The translations under genes and the position numbers were made by a program. The notes beneath the pieces are model-generated. The model did no database searches. It saw only the letters and a program-made list of their open reading frames with translations, and was not told the origin of the DNA. Below, piece by piece: positions 61,368 to 64,000 of a stretch of DNA of 64,000 nt. Within the stretch, counting starts at the first letter, position 1; each line of letters starts with the position of its first letter. The DNA is from Malacoraja senta (taxonomy: Eukaryota), in contig CM075988.1 in assembly GCA_038087875.1 (NCBI GenBank), positions 12,526,001 to 12,590,000 of the forward strand, read 5' to 3'.

Positions 61368-61665
61368 AGCAAAGTGGCCGAGCTGGTTGACATTTGCTGC
61401 GTTAAAACACCAGAGACCCAGGATCGATCCTGAACTCAGGTGTTGTCTTGTGTGCAGTTTTCTCATTCTCCCTGTGATCGCATAAATACCTTCCACATCA
61501 CGCAAAAGGCGCATGGGTTTGTAGGTTAATTGGCCTCAGTAACTTGTTCCTACTTTGTAGGGATTGGATGCAACAATAGGATAAGATAGAACTAGTGTGC
61601 ACCAGTGATTGATGATTAGTGTGGTCTTGGTGGGCCAAAGGATCTCTTTCCATGCTCTATCTTCA
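61368..61665 (+). mobile_element. HE1-type V-SINE (diverged)
   Basis: tRNA-like head, V-domain remnant and tail. Confidence 0.8.
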
Positions 61666-62009
61666 ATTTGAAAAAAATTTAAATGGGATAATCTGTGGCT
61701 AGTTTGGATGCCAGCATGGGTTGAAAGATCTGCCCTCTAGTCTAATTACTTGCTAGTTGTTCGGTTTAAATTTTGGATACTTCGAACTAACCTTGAATCT
61801 TTGTCTCAGTTTGGTAACAACATTTTGTACTCTCAGTGCCAATGGAAATTACTTTTTATGCTTATTTTCCAGTACATGGTATGTAAGATGCATTTTCCCT
61901 CAGGAATATAGCTTCAGTGCTCTATGCTAAATGAGATTTAAGTATTGAACCCATAAAGTACAAGTGTCAATCAATTCCTTTGTCTCTGCAATCTTCTACT
62001 ACAGAATAT

Positions 62010-62323
62010 GGGTGGCACGGTGACGCAGCGGTAGAGTTGCTGCCTCACAGCACTTGCAGAATCTGACACCCGGGTTTGATCCCGACTACAGGTGCTGTCT
62101 GTACGGAGTATGTACATTCTCCCCGTGACCGTGTGGTTTTCTCCGAGATCTTCGGTTTCCACCCACACACCAAAGACGTACAGATTTGTAGGTTAATTGG
62201 CTTGGTATAAATGTAAATTGCCCCTAGTGTGTGTAGGGTAGTGTTAATGTGCGGGGATTGCTGGTCGGTGCGGACTCAGTGGGCCGAAAAGGCCTGTTTC
62301 CGCGCTGTATCTCTAAACTAAAA
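62010..62323 (+). mobile_element. HE1-type V-SINE
   Basis: Full-length, low divergence from the other copies. Confidence 0.92.
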
Positions 62324-62527
62324 ATAAGAAAGCACAGGTTCAGTCAATGAAGGATACCAATAAATCAATAATATACTCTTCAGGTCATCAACCTGAAACA
62401 TGAATTCTGATTCTTTCTCCACAGGTGATGCATAATCTATCAGTGTTTACAGCATTCTCTGCTTTGATTTAAGTAAACTTTTAGAATGTTTTCCATGCAC
62501 AAGTTAGAGAAAAGTTGCAATGATCCG

Positions 62528-62826
62528 AGCGGCATGGTGGCGCAGTGATAGAGCTCCTGCCTCACAGCGCCAGAGACCCGGGTTCGATCCTGACTACGGG
62601 GTGCTGTCGGTTCGGAGTTTGTATGTTCTTCCCGTGACCTCCGTGGGTTTTCTCCGAGACCTTCAGTTTCCTCCCACACTCGAATGACATACAGGCTTGT
62701 AGGCTAATTGACTTGGTATAAATGTTTCAAATAATTGTCCCCAGTGTGTGTAGGATAGTGTTGATGTGGTCGGTGTGGACACGGTGGGCCGAAGGGCCTG
62801 GTTCCGCATTTTGTTTCTAAACTAAA
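62528..62826 (+). mobile_element. HE1-type V-SINE
   Basis: Full-length with intact A/B boxes. Confidence 0.92.
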
Positions 62827-63706
62827 TCATTTGGAACAGATCGAAAAGACGAGGGTAAGAAATGCTTTGGGAAGTAGCGAAGGAAATATTTGAATCCATT
62901 GTGAGGAGTTTCCTGTCAGTGTACAACTTGCACCATATTCTGAAGAAGGATCCCAATCCAAAATGGCATCCAGATGCTTACTAACCTACTGAGTTCCTCC
63001 AGCTGTCTGCTTTTTGCTCAAGAATCAGGCATCTGCAGTCTCTAGTGTCACCATATGCTGGGTATCTTTTGTTGAGGTAAAGTAGTGCAATTATTCTCAT
63101 GCAATTTCAATTCAGCTTTGGTCTGCAGGTAAAATCTCCCCAGTATCGGTATAATTAAGCAGTGCAATCAAATATAGTCAATGCATGGCGAGAACAGGGT
63201 CAAAGTAGCCTCAAGGTGGAAAGCAAGGAATGATATTTGTTCTGTGTTTGGCTGATGATCAGAGGGCATGAGATGTGTATCTCTCTGCAAACTTTTTGAC
63301 AGTTTTTACACAGTTCTAATCATTCTCCAAAGAAGTGTTCAAATTGATTTTAATCACCTCTTGGCAATGTTCCCCAAGTGGAGGAAATAATTGTAATCAT
63401 AGCAGTGTGATAATTTAATTAACTGTCTCAGCAGTGATCAGTTTTAAACTGAGTTTGTTGTCTTGTATGCTGCAACTGACTGGTTGGAGGGGCAGAATGA
63501 CTGCAAGTTACTACAGGGCAAGTGGTACAGACTGGATTCAAGTTACTGTTCATCCCCATGGGCCCCAAAAAAATATTTCTGGCTTGTGGCCAATTTTGCA
63601 GGAAGGACTTGCTTTAGACAGCCGGATTCTTGAAATAGTGTAAACATTCACAGCATTTAAACATTAATAGAGCGATGAAACAGGCCCTTTGGCCCACAAC
63701 TACCAC

Positions 63707-63840
63707 TAGGGTTGCCAACTTTCTCACTCCCAAATAAGGGACAACGGGTGGCATGCCGCGGCGGTGTGGGTATGGTGCAGGCCCGGGATGAAGTGACTGA
63801 GGGGGCTGGCAGCTAGCAGATGGTAACAGGGACATTTTTC
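63707..63840. mobile_element. Probable hAT-family element left end
   Basis: TAGGGTTGCCAAC terminus followed by GGGAC subterminal motifs. The partner TIR is not seen in the window. Confidence 0.45.
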
Positions 63841-64000
63841 AAAAGAGAGAGAGACAGAAAAAAACAACTCTAAATAGGTAAACAAATCCAATATAGGAAC
63901 CTGGTATACATAACTTCAGTGTGATATATGAAATATTACACCAAATTATAACAAAGCATAATACAGAGCATAATCTGACTACCAGTCAGACATGAAATAA

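Noticed and set aside
62528..62600. tRNA-like sequences with A and B boxes (many copies)
   Set aside because: These are SINE heads continuous with the V-domain, not tRNA genes.

Overview
This is vertebrate non-genic or intronic DNA, almost certainly from an elasmobranch (skate, ray or shark), judged from about 15 HE1-type tRNA-derived V-SINEs and their CR1 (HER1-like) partner LINE. I recognise no host protein-coding gene, rRNA, tRNA gene or CRISPR array. Much of the window is nested mobile DNA. (1) Penelope-like retroelements with a GIY-YIG endonuclease, carrying minimal hammerhead ribozyme motifs and often arranged as fold-backs. (2) Nine PIF/Harbinger-type TIR elements with TAA/TTA target duplications. 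(3) An internally deleted BEL/Pao element and two solo LTRs. (4) Rex1/Babar, L1, CR1 and RTE-derived pieces, plus a GC-rich non-autonomous retroposon family. AT-rich unique islands between the repeats look like enhancer/CNE sequence. The most unusual object is a 2-kb Harbinger-type element (10441-12474). Its cargo can be read as a three-exon, GT-AG spliced, stop-free 112-aa ORF followed by a polyA signal. All calls were made by eye with no database searches, and boundaries of degenerate repeats are approximate.
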